Virus record (IMG/VR): IMGVR_UViG_3300006810_000004
Coordinates: 1 to 57,977 of that record
From: a virus
Taxonomy: Duplodnaviria > Caudoviricetes
Reading direction: 5' to 3' (one strand)
Length of the DNA stretch: 57,977 nt
The position numbers were made by a program, and so were the translations under genes. The notes under the pieces were generated by a model. It saw nothing but the letters and a program-made list of their open reading frames with translations, did no database searches and was not told the origin of the DNA. Positions 16,149-24,134 of this stretch are shown piece after piece. Each line of letters opens with the position of its first letter. Position 1 is the stretch's first letter.

Positions 16149-16450
16149 TGAATAGAAAGGAAAGTATTATACAAGACATAAGAGATTTAAGAGACGATGA
16201 CTCTCATGTATGCCCCGCTGATAAAGATGATTACTTAGAATGTACTTGTACAAAGTATGATCATGTTATTGACAAGTTGGAGAACTTTACAACTGAACTT
16301 AAAGATAAAATAATTAATTTAAGTATATCAGTTGCTTGTATGATTGATGACATAGATGAGGTCAAACAAAAAGATGTAGAACATATACAAGACTTAACAA
16401 CTCAACTTGAGAATATAGTTGACTCTAATACAGAAAAGAGGTGGGACTGA
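16148..16450 (+). CDS. Hypothetical protein (HxC...CxC)
   Basis: 100-aa ORF in a coupled operon. Confidence 0.7.
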   Translation: MNRKESIIQDIRDLRDDDSHVCPADKDDYLECTCTKYDHVIDKLENFTTELKDKIINLSISVACMIDDIDEVKQKDVEHIQDLTTQLENIVDSNTEKRWD

Positions 16451-16566
16451 TGAAGATTGAACCTAAATCAAAAGACTGTGTCTATATAACAATTAATGGT
16501 TGGGTTTATTATATTGATGACTCGACAGGTGATAGAATAATGAAAAAATGGAGGGACAAAGAATGA
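16450..16566 (+). CDS. 38-aa hypothetical protein
   Basis: MKIEPKSKDCVYITINGWVYYIDDSTGDRIMKKWRDKE*; overlapping start/stop codons on both sides. Confidence 0.7.
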   Translation: MKIEPKSKDCVYITINGWVYYIDDSTGDRIMKKWRDKE

Positions 16567-16973
16567 CTAACAAAGATAGAGCAGAAAAAATACAAAGATT
16601 ACTTGGTCTACAAGATGACGGTAAAGCAGAGTATGCAAGAGTTGCAGACGTAATTTGCGATTTAAGACATTATTGTGATTTGCATAAAATTGATTGGCAA
16701 GATGAAAAGTCTATGTCATATGATTTTTATGACGCAGAGACTTATCAAGAAGTACCTTTGACTAAAAAAGAAAGCATAATTATAGCTAGTCAAGACTATC
16801 TAAGGGTTCGTTTGCCTTTTGATTATGACACATGGACAAAAGAGGTACTTCTAAAATATATACAATCTAATTTATTTGGTGAAACCTATAAACCCACTAC
16901 TGAGGATGCAGAAGAATTTTGGGAAATTATTTTAGACAAGGCAAATTGGTATGAAAAAGGGGTGCAAGAATGA
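16563..16973 (+). CDS. Hypothetical protein (start revised from 16548)
   Basis: GGAGG SD before the ATG at 16563; ADVICDLRHYCD motif. Confidence 0.7.
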   Translation: MTNKDRAEKIQRLLGLQDDGKAEYARVADVICDLRHYCDLHKIDWQDEKSMSYDFYDAETYQEVPLTKKESIIIASQDYLRVRLPFDYDTWTKEVLLKYIQSNLFGETYKPTTEDAEEFWEIILDKANWYEKGVQE

Positions 16974-17007
16974 TTGAGTGGATTATGGAATTATTAAAAG
17001 ATCTTAT

Positions 17008-17029
17008 TGATGGGGATTAATCCCCATCA
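17008..17029. repeat. Perfect 22-bp palindrome at the convergence of two transcription units
   Basis: TGATGGGGATTAATCCCCATCA. Confidence 0.85.
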
Positions 17030-17072
17030 TGCTCTATGGTAGTGACTTCCATACCGATAGATTCACCGTTCA

Positions 17073-17504
17073 TTATGTTTTGGCTACAACTTCTTTTAGC
17101 TTTGCTTCAAGTTCGGGCCTCGACATATTATCTAGAGAAGCAGTTACAACTTCCTTTCGATCTACATAAAATCCTGCCAACTGACCACGTCGGTATTCTG
17201 CTACAATCGCAGGACCTAGTTGACCATTCTCAACTGCTTGTTCTCTTAGTCTAGCTAATTCTCTAGCGTGTTTAACAAAATCAATTTTACTAGCCTCCGC
17301 ATATTCTTTTTGCAAAAATTCAATCGCTTCTACAACTTTAGGAAACATCTTAGGATTGCGTAAGTTACAAGCCATTTGAGTCGCTGAGTTCTCAGAGTAA
17401 CCCGCTTGTTTTGCACAGTCAGTAGGAGTCATCCTCCCATTTTCTTTTACAAAAGTAAGAACAAAAGCTCTTTGTTTTGGTGTTAATTGTTTATCAATAT
17501 CCAT
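17073..17504 (-). CDS. terS: Terminase small subunit (C-terminus possibly frameshifted; may extend to 17017)
   Basis: LTPKQRAFV...TDCAKQAGYS HTH; AIVAEYRRGQLAGFYVDRKE oligomerisation region. Confidence 0.85.
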   Translation of the reverse strand: MDIDKQLTPKQRAFVLTFVKENGRMTPTDCAKQAGYSENSATQMACNLRNPKMFPKVVEAIEFLQKEYAEASKIDFVKHARELARLREQAVENGQLGPAIVAEYRRGQLAGFYVDRKEVVTASLDNMSRPELEAKLKEVVAKT

Positions 17505-17589
17505 AATTATTATTTACTATATATACATAGAAAGTAAATATATATAAAAAAAATGTATTTCAATGAAAAAACCTCAGTCTGTAAGACTG

Positions 17590-17726
17590 CTACTATTGTT
17601 GTATATCAACTATTCTAGAAATCATCTATCCCAAGGTTACGTAACCTGAAACACAGACGTAACCTAAAACGTAACCCTACTATTGTTGTATATCAACTAT
17701 TCTAGCCTAAAGTTACGTGGTTACGT
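17590..17726. repeat. Repeat cluster: two exact 29-bp direct repeats plus six ACGTAAC/GTTACGT units (candidate ori or pac)
   Basis: CTACTATTGTTGTATATCAACTATTCTAG at 17590-17618 and 17677-17705; palindrome AGGTTACGTAACCT at 17634-17647. Confidence 0.85.
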
Positions 17727-17801
17727 CAAATTCACGATATTTCAGAAATATTTTTTTCATTTTACTTTTGAAACATCTATATAAACTGATAATATGTAAC
17801 C

Positions 17802-18065
17802 ATGAATAGAAATGAAATAGAAGAATTTTACGGGGACGACGAACCAGATATACTTTTTGCAGATGGATTTGACTCTGCAATTTTGGGCGTGGTCCAAGAT
17901 CCGTGGCACGAGAACACTACACGAGTTCTCTACAGTATAGAACTTATATTAAAAGAACTTATGGGCGATAATGAAATGACCTATGAAGATGCATCAGAAT
18001 ACTTTGAATTTAACATCAGAGGCTCTTATATGGGAAAATACACACCTTTATTTCTAGATACATAA
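17802..18065 (+). CDS. Conserved phage hypothetical protein
   Basis: ADGFDSAILG...EYFEFNIRGSYMGKYTP. Confidence 0.8.
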   Translation: MNRNEIEEFYGDDEPDILFADGFDSAILGVVQDPWHENTTRVLYSIELILKELMGDNEMTYEDASEYFEFNIRGSYMGKYTPLFLDT

Positions 18066-18071
18066 CTAATC

Positions 18072-18362
18072 ATGAGCGAAAAATTCAAAAATCCAATTTC
18101 GGCCCCGTTAGTCTTAATCGAATGGTTTGATGCAAAAGATGGAGATACAGGTTGGCATCCTGTAGAAGAAATCTTTCTTGAAGAATTAGCCACTTGCCAA
18201 TCGGTCGGTTGGCTGATAAAAGATACAAAGTCCCAAATAACTATTATGAGTGATTACTGTGAATACAACGAAGAGAAAGATGGCGGTAGACACATAACCA
18301 TTCCGGGAAGTTGGGTAAACAAGATTATATATTTAGAACAAAAAAAGGAGACAGAGAAATAA
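18072..18362 (+). CDS. Conserved phage hypothetical protein
   Basis: IEWFDA...GW...SVGWL...TIP. Confidence 0.8.
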   Translation: MSEKFKNPISAPLVLIEWFDAKDGDTGWHPVEEIFLEELATCQSVGWLIKDTKSQITIMSDYCEYNEEKDGGRHITIPGSWVNKIIYLEQKKETEK

Positions 18363-18363
18363 G

Positions 18364-18798
18364 ATGGATATGACAAGACTTTTAAAATCAGTGCGTGACC
18401 ATGAAGGGTATCGCAATAAGGTGTATTTAGACACGCTAGGCAAGAGAACTGTGGGCGTCGGCCACCTTTGCGTGGAAGACTTTTGGGAAGATGATAAAGA
18501 GTACGACGAAGAGTTTTTAATGGAGACTTTAGAAAAGGATTTAGAGAACGCTATCTCAGGTGCAGAAGAATTGCTTGGTGAGTACACGGTCCATGATCAG
18601 TGTAAAGAGCTTATTGTAGAAATGGTATTTCAAATGGGTAAAACAGGTGTGTCTAAGTTCCCTGCTATGTGGAGAGCGCTCAAAGAATCTACACCGCCAG
18701 ATTATAAAACGGCGTCAGTTGAGATGCTTGACTCCAGATGGGCCAAACAAACTCCTCAAAGAGCCAAAGCCATGGCTAAAAAGATGTCTCAATTATGA
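18364..18798 (+). CDS. Endolysin, T4-like lysozyme (GH24)
   Basis: HEGYRNKVYLDTLGKRTVGVGH (E-x8-D-x5-T); EMLDSRWAKQTPQRA. Confidence 0.92.
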   Translation: MDMTRLLKSVRDHEGYRNKVYLDTLGKRTVGVGHLCVEDFWEDDKEYDEEFLMETLEKDLENAISGAEELLGEYTVHDQCKELIVEMVFQMGKTGVSKFPAMWRALKESTPPDYKTASVEMLDSRWAKQTPQRAKAMAKKMSQL

Positions 18799-19049
18799 AA
18801 AAATTTATACATATAAATCAACTTAAAATAAGATCAAATAAAAAACACAACACTAACGAACCTGTCATTACTTGTAAGACCTATAAGTCAAATGACTATG
18901 CTCATAACTTAGAAATCAAAGACAAAGACGATGTCACCGTGGCTAAAATAGTTTACTCACCTGAGAAGCCACTGTCTTGTGGTGCAAAAGTGTGGATTGA
19001 AACTAATGAAAAAATTGTTTTAGACAACGGTTTGTGTTTGGATAAATAG
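18795..19049 (+). CDS. Conserved phage hypothetical protein
   Basis: IHINQ...PVITCK...PLSCGAKVWIET. Confidence 0.8.
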   Translation: MKKFIHINQLKIRSNKKHNTNEPVITCKTYKSNDYAHNLEIKDKDDVTVAKIVYSPEKPLSCGAKVWIETNEKIVLDNGLCLDK

Positions 19050-19688
19050 ATGTCCTTTTTAGTAGCAAACGTACCACCTGTAAAAGTATGGATTAAAAAA
19101 CAATATCTCTACGATCATCAAAAAGGCCACGGAGAATATGTAGAAGGCGTTTGGGCAACAGTCAAATCTATACAAGGCAGAGCATTATACTTTGAAACAT
19201 ATATACCTGAGTACGCTGCGTTGTATGACAAGTTACCTATTAGTGCTTTTGTAAGTTCTCCTGATGTCAAAGAAGATTTACCTTTAGAAGAATTAGAACT
19301 ATGGGACGCGTTCAGTTATCATATCACAGTGATAGAAAAAACAACTGTACCTCCAAGAGCAAAGTATTTGTCACCTTCTAAAAATTGGTATAAGGGAGAA
19401 TATTTGTTTACGATAGATAACTGTCACGCTGATCATAACTTACCTAATATCAATTATTCGCAAGTGCCAGAAGAACATAAATCATTTAATATTCTAGAAT
19501 TAGAAAACGGCCACTTCGCCGCTCAACCTAACAATAGAACACTATTTTATGACAAGTCCTTGACTCCATCAGAACCAAAGCAACCTGACTTTAAAGTATC
19601 TACAATAGAATATAATGTAGAATCAGTTAGTAAGTGGACGGCGGGCGATGATTCTAATTACTTCTACACATTTAAAGAACAGAAGTAA
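19050..19688 (+). CDS. Conserved marine-phage hypothetical protein
   Basis: RALYFETY...YDKLPISAF...LWDAFSY...YLFTID...AAQPNNR. Confidence 0.85.
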   Translation: MSFLVANVPPVKVWIKKQYLYDHQKGHGEYVEGVWATVKSIQGRALYFETYIPEYAALYDKLPISAFVSSPDVKEDLPLEELELWDAFSYHITVIEKTTVPPRAKYLSPSKNWYKGEYLFTIDNCHADHNLPNINYSQVPEEHKSFNILELENGHFAAQPNNRTLFYDKSLTPSEPKQPDFKVSTIEYNVESVSKWTAGDDSNYFYTFKEQK

Positions 19689-19690
19689 AA

Positions 19691-19885
19691 TTACATACTT
19701 CTTCTTTGATAAGTCTTTGGAAACTCATTATAGCTTAGATATTCTTTTAAAGCCCAACGCCAATCTTTACCATATTCTGCCTTACAATAGTTAATAAGGT
19801 CCTGTTGCGGGTCCTTATTGTCAGCAAACAAGTTGCTAAAGAAGTTTAGAAAGTGGTTCTTAGCACTGTTTGTGAGATTCATCAT
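19691..19885 (-). CDS. Hypothetical protein
   Basis: 64-aa ORF convergent with the previous operon. Confidence 0.6.
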   Translation of the reverse strand: MMNLTNSAKNHFLNFFSNLFADNKDPQQDLINYCKAEYGKDWRWALKEYLSYNEFPKTYQRRSM

Positions 19886-19950
19886 ACAAGAGAATATAGG
19901 TATGAATTTTTAATTTACTTTTGTTATTTTGATATAGCTGATGTGTTATT

Positions 19951-21957
19951 TTAAAATTTTATAAAGTCATCGTCATTTGAAAGCTCATCTTTTTTGCCAC
20001 CTAATCTAGTTTTATCACTAAATTTAAAAAGCTCTTTGTCTACAAGTTGACCCTTTGTAGCATCTTTAATCATTTCTCCTGTGAAAGGATCAAACACACG
20101 AACTGTGTCTGTGTCTAATTTTTTAGTATTAACAACGATTTCATTCTCAGCTTCTTTTCCTCTCATTACTAAATCTTTAGCGTTGATGTAAACTTCTTGT
20201 AAAACTAAATTATTTCTATTTTTACCTAAACCTTCACTGTAATCTATTAAATTATGAAGACTTAAAGCCCGTTCAGGATCTAATGAATAAGAATTTATAT
20301 CTTTTTCTAATGAAGGCATACCTTTTCTGTAAGCTTCCATATCACCACGAACTAAACGATAAGCCGGAAATGTTTCTCCTAAATGTTCTTTTGCAGATTC
20401 TTGAATTAATTTTTTATACTCAGGGTAATAAGAAAGTTTCTTTAGCTTTTTAAAAGCGTCTGCATTTCCTAAATCTCCGACTCCTCCATGATATTGATTT
20501 TCATAAAATTCATGAGCGGGTATGTTTTGTCCATACTCATATTTTTGATTTTCTGGTTTATTTAATTCTTTAATGTCAAACATTACATCAATATTATTAG
20601 AAGCGTCATAAAAAGATTCTTTTGCCTCTTCTGTACCAAAATATGTTTCTTTTTCTTTATTTTGAATTTGTGATTCTAAAATATCTTCTAAAGGATTTTC
20701 AGTAGTCTTTTTTGGTTCAACTTTTTTACCATCCCCCTCATATCCAAGAAATTTTATTCCTGATGCAAAGCCACCATCTTCATTTTGAAATAAACTTGTT
20801 TTCATTAATTTTTCTCCTAAATTTGCAATAGATTGACCGTGAGTATAAGAACCTTGTGTATAATCAATATATTCTTGTGATTCTACACCATCTGGTATAT
20901 TTATAACACTTGCCTTTACATGAACAGGAATATATTTATCAGGATCTAAATTTTCAAAATATTTAGCTCTATGTCTTCCTTCATGATGCGTCACTTTAAA
21001 GTCTCCAGTATTAAAATCTTCGTGCATATCTAATGTAGGAATTGAAATACCTGTTTTATTTTTTTCATATAGTTCAAATGCTCGGTCATTTCTGTCTATC
21101 ATTTCTTCTTCCGAAAAGGATAAACCTTTAGCTAATCTTAAAAAATCTCCAGGTTTCATGTAAGTTAGAACATATTTAGCTGTATTGGTATATGCTCCAG
21201 GAAAACTATCACCCGACTCTGACCAAAAATTGTTTGCATAAGGGGCATCAAGAACAAACTGTCCTCTTTTTTTATCTTTTTCTCTGTAATCTATATTAGG
21301 ATCTCCTACACTTCTTTCTAAAGCTTCTCCAAACACTGCGTCACCTAAATTTTTATCTTCTTTAAGTTTATCGATTACCATTTGATTATAATTTTCTGCC
21401 ATATTAATAAATTTATCATTTATATCTTCTTCTGACTTTTGTATAAAATCAGAAACCTTAGGTGGTGCAGGCATAGGTGTAACATTACTGTAGTCTATGT
21501 TTTTTTCTTCAGGGGTAGATAAAAGTCCTGGAAGTTTTTCAGGGACAGGTGTTATTAAAGGGTCTGATTTAATATCATCAGCAAAAGTAGTTTGTTTCCC
21601 TAATCCTCTATTAAATTCTGCTTGTCTATCAATATCATCTTGATCAGGTGAAGACCAAATTCCCCTTGGTGTACTAGTAATTTTATTCAGAATAGAGGTC
21701 AGATTACCCCCTCTTAAAATACTATAGATATCGTCAATCGGAATGTTTATTAATTTATTATCATCTTCTATTTTACTTTCTAAAATATCTTCTAAAGGAT
21801 TTAAAGAATAGGAAGCAGGATTTATTAAGGATGACAAGCCCTCTTTTAAGTATTCTAGACCTTTAGGATCTGTTTGAGAAGCTACGGCTGCTCCTCCTGC
21901 TAATAAAGGAAGATATCTAGCTATTCCTTGTAATGGTAATGATACTAATGGCCCCAT
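19951..21957 (-). CDS. Multidomain (polyvalent) protein with ParB/Srx-like and putative ADP-ribosyltransferase domains
   Basis: VTHHEGRHRA (ParB-like GxHR); C-terminal YR...SYS...ENE (R-S-E ART-like); duplicated NPLEDILES linker. Confidence 0.55.
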   Translation of the reverse strand: MGPLVSLPLQGIARYLPLLAGGAAVASQTDPKGLEYLKEGLSSLINPASYSLNPLEDILESKIEDDNKLINIPIDDIYSILRGGNLTSILNKITSTPRGIWSSPDQDDIDRQAEFNRGLGKQTTFADDIKSDPLITPVPEKLPGLLSTPEEKNIDYSNVTPMPAPPKVSDFIQKSEEDINDKFINMAENYNQMVIDKLKEDKNLGDAVFGEALERSVGDPNIDYREKDKKRGQFVLDAPYANNFWSESGDSFPGAYTNTAKYVLTYMKPGDFLRLAKGLSFSEEEMIDRNDRAFELYEKNKTGISIPTLDMHEDFNTGDFKVTHHEGRHRAKYFENLDPDKYIPVHVKASVINIPDGVESQEYIDYTQGSYTHGQSIANLGEKLMKTSLFQNEDGGFASGIKFLGYEGDGKKVEPKKTTENPLEDILESQIQNKEKETYFGTEEAKESFYDASNNIDVMFDIKELNKPENQKYEYGQNIPAHEFYENQYHGGVGDLGNADAFKKLKKLSYYPEYKKLIQESAKEHLGETFPAYRLVRGDMEAYRKGMPSLEKDINSYSLDPERALSLHNLIDYSEGLGKNRNNLVLQEVYINAKDLVMRGKEAENEIVVNTKKLDTDTVRVFDPFTGEMIKDATKGQLVDKELFKFSDKTRLGGKKDELSNDDDFIKF

Positions 21958-22076
21958 AATTTACTTTTAGCATAAAATATAGCAATTGACTATCCTATAT
22001 ATAAAAGAACTTGATCCCATGGCCGTGATCGTTATATAGTGGTCGCTTTCACTATTCACAAAATTAAGGAGATACC

Positions 22077-22244
22077 ATGACCGAAAAAGACTTGCACAAA
22101 ATGATTTGTTACCTAGCAGACAAGGTAGAAAAACTAGAAAAAAACCAATGTAAATGTCAATCTACAGACGAAGCAAAGCCTAGCCCTGTTCAATATACAA
22201 CAAATTATGATGAAAACGACGAGTGTGTAAGCTGTTCTGCCTAA
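22077..22244 (+). CDS. 55-aa protein ending in an RNR-tail-like DENDECVSCSA
   Basis: AAGGAG SD; own CTTGAT...TATATA promoter; hand translation; absent from the ORF track. Confidence 0.75.
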   Translation: MTEKDLHKMICYLADKVEKLEKNQCKCQSTDEAKPSPVQYTTNYDENDECVSCSA

Positions 22245-22339
22245 CGATTTCTGCGTAATCGACGACGGTTGCGTCTTTTCTTAGACCCTACCTTACGACG
22301 ACCTTTATGATTTTTTCTTTTAAGAACTGCCTTGCTCAT
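22241..22339 (-). CDS. 32-aa Arg/Lys-rich peptide
   Basis: MSKAVLKRKNHKGRRKVGSKKRRNRRRLRRNR*; ATGA overlap with the upstream gene. Confidence 0.65.
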   Translation of the reverse strand: MSKAVLKRKNHKGRRKVGSKKRRNRRRLRRNR

Positions 22340-22530
22340 GTATTAGGAGTATTACCCAATGCATAATTTTCTACTACAATGAGCGCTCTAAAATAATCTT
22401 TTTCCTTAATAGGTAATCTTTCCCAATCATCGTATCTAAATTTTTTACTGACACTGATAAACCGTAGGCGTTTGGCCCGTTGATCGAGATCAGTCTTTTG
22501 AGGATACTGAGGATGAATATCTGTAATCAT
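22336..22530 (-). CDS. Hypothetical protein
   Basis: 64-aa coupled ORF. Confidence 0.7.
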   Translation of the reverse strand: MITDIHPQYPQKTDLDQRAKRLRFISVSKKFRYDDWERLPIKEKDYFRALIVVENYALGNTPNT

Positions 22531-23189
22531 CCATGAACACCTTTAATAGGCACACTAGAATTAAACTGTATGTTAAAAGCCATGGATCGTCTTTCTCCTT
22601 CACTTCTAAATGGGTAGACTTGATGAGCTAACCAACTAGGAAACAAATAAAAATCTCCTACTTCCGGTTTTACTAAATAACTATGCCTTGAGAAAGTATG
22701 AGGAAGAGATCCTAAGAACTCTAAACATCCGACGGTGGCATGATGATCTTCTTGAGCGTATTCTTCTTCTAACTTATCGGGAACTTTTAAAAAAGCTACA
22801 CCTGAAAGATTAGAGTCATGAATGTGAATAGGATTAAAGTCTCCTTGATATTGACTAACAACCCAACTTGTAAGAGATAATGAAGTCCCTGATGGAACTG
22901 CACCAGGTACAATTTTATTGACATACTCTTGAGCTAAAGCTACATAAAATTGCTTGAGTCCCGGAATCTTATCTTCTGAAATCTTTATCTCTTTTTTAAC
23001 GTTACCTGCTAGATTTTGACTGTAGTCATACTCTTTGGATAAGTCTTCACTATTTAAAATCCTATCAGATTCTTTATTTATATTTTCTACGTAAAAAGCA
23101 GGGAGTTTCGTTTTTAGTATACTAGGTCCAAATGGTTGATAAATTTCATAACTTAATTTGTCGTCACTTTTCTTTTTTTCTTCAGTCAT
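22527..23189 (-). CDS. 2OG-Fe(II) oxygenase superfamily protein
   Basis: NPIHIHDSNLSGV...FPSWLAHQVYP...RRSMAFN. Confidence 0.9.
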   Translation of the reverse strand: MTEEKKKSDDKLSYEIYQPFGPSILKTKLPAFYVENINKESDRILNSEDLSKEYDYSQNLAGNVKKEIKISEDKIPGLKQFYVALAQEYVNKIVPGAVPSGTSLSLTSWVVSQYQGDFNPIHIHDSNLSGVAFLKVPDKLEEEYAQEDHHATVGCLEFLGSLPHTFSRHSYLVKPEVGDFYLFPSWLAHQVYPFRSEGERRSMAFNIQFNSSVPIKGVHG

Positions 23190-23400
23190 CTAATCTACTT
23201 AAATCCCTTCGTAGTTCTGTAATCTCATCTGCATGTTGTATCCAAAGTTTTCTTCCTTCGGTTACAATCATGTCCCACTCTTCCGCAAGAAAGATTTTGT
23301 CTTCGCCTTCCAAATAGGAAACGCGGACGTGTTTACGGTCATCTTTTTTAAAGCGTATAACTGCACTAACTATTTTGTTTGTAACGTCCGTTGTTAACAT
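23182..23400 (-). CDS. Hypothetical protein
   Basis: Coupled ORF; start uncertain (23400 or 23409). Confidence 0.65.
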   Translation of the reverse strand: MLTTDVTNKIVSAVIRFKKDDRKHVRVSYLEGEDKIFLAEEWDMIVTEGRKLWIQHADEITELRRDLSRLDD

Positions 23401-23545
23401 CTTGTTCAAATCTATCTACTAAAAATAGTATTAGACCACCCATGGATAAATGCTTTAATTCAGGCACTTTTGCTTTAACTTCGTTTGCTAGTTCGTAGGC
23501 TTCTTTCTTGACGGCCACAGATTTATATTTTGTAATATCTGTCAT
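23366..23545 (-). CDS. 59-aa putative ribbon-helix-helix DNA-binding regulator
   Basis: MTDITKYKSVAVKKEAYELANEVK...LSMVGLILFLVDRFE: beta-strand then two helices; GAAGGG SD; own promoter upstream. Confidence 0.6.
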   Translation of the reverse strand: MTDITKYKSVAVKKEAYELANEVKAKVPELKHLSMGGLILFLVDRFEQDVNNGRYKQNS

Positions 23546-23628
23546 TTTCTTCCCTTCTACTACATATAGTATGTATTTTCATATAAGCCCATATATATAG
23601 GAATAGTATGGGAAAATCAAGGACTAAT

Positions 23629-23865
23629 TTAAGCTCTTTCTCCGGTTAAAATATCCTCTATAAGGTAGGAAGACACACAAGTAAATTCTACGGCGGTTTT
23701 CGTATCTTTATTTAGATCTGAAAACTCTTCTTTATAGATTTGTATCTGTTGAAAACAAGTATCATAGTTGTAGTAAACTATTTCTGAGGCCATTCTTACA
23801 CATTGATCTTCTACATTCAAAGAACCTTGAATACATAAAAATCCTATCATAAAAAATTTAAGCAT
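23629..23865 (-). CDS. Small Cys-containing exported/membrane protein
   Basis: Hydrophobic N-terminus; four Cys. Confidence 0.65.
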   Translation of the reverse strand: MLKFFMIGFLCIQGSLNVEDQCVRMASEIVYYNYDTCFQQIQIYKEEFSDLNKDTKTAVEFTCVSSYLIEDILTGERA

Positions 23866-24134
23866 TAGTCCTCCTTATCAATATAAATTAGTTCAACTTT
23901 AAGTTTGTTCTGTTCCGTGGTCGTTGTTCTATTAATCTTTGTCCCTACCTTACGATAACTGATAGTCTTGACATCAATAAATCTTACTTCCCCTGTCTCT
24001 TGATTTACTAAAACTAAATCAATTGGACCTATGGCTGACATATTTTTAAATACCATATAGCCTTCTTTCAAAAACTTTATGACAGCTTTAAATTCGCTTA
24101 TGTCTCCGATTACTTGCTTTGGATCTCTCCCCAT
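23865..24134 (-). CDS. PD-(D/E)XK endonuclease (Hjc-like)
   Basis: GDISE...GYMVF...PIDLV...IDVKT. Confidence 0.8.
   Translation of the reverse strand: MGRDPKQVIGDISEFKAVIKFLKEGYMVFKNMSAIGPIDLVLVNQETGEVRFIDVKTISYRKVGTKINRTTTTEQNKLKVELIYIDKED

Noticed and set aside
17590-17705. Mini-CRISPR array (29-bp repeat twice)
   Set aside because: Only two copies; the 58-bp spacer is itself made of ACGTAAC repeats; no cas genes
23865-24134. Restriction-modification system
   Set aside because: The small PD-(D/E)XK protein has no adjacent methyltransferase, and none was recognised in the genome
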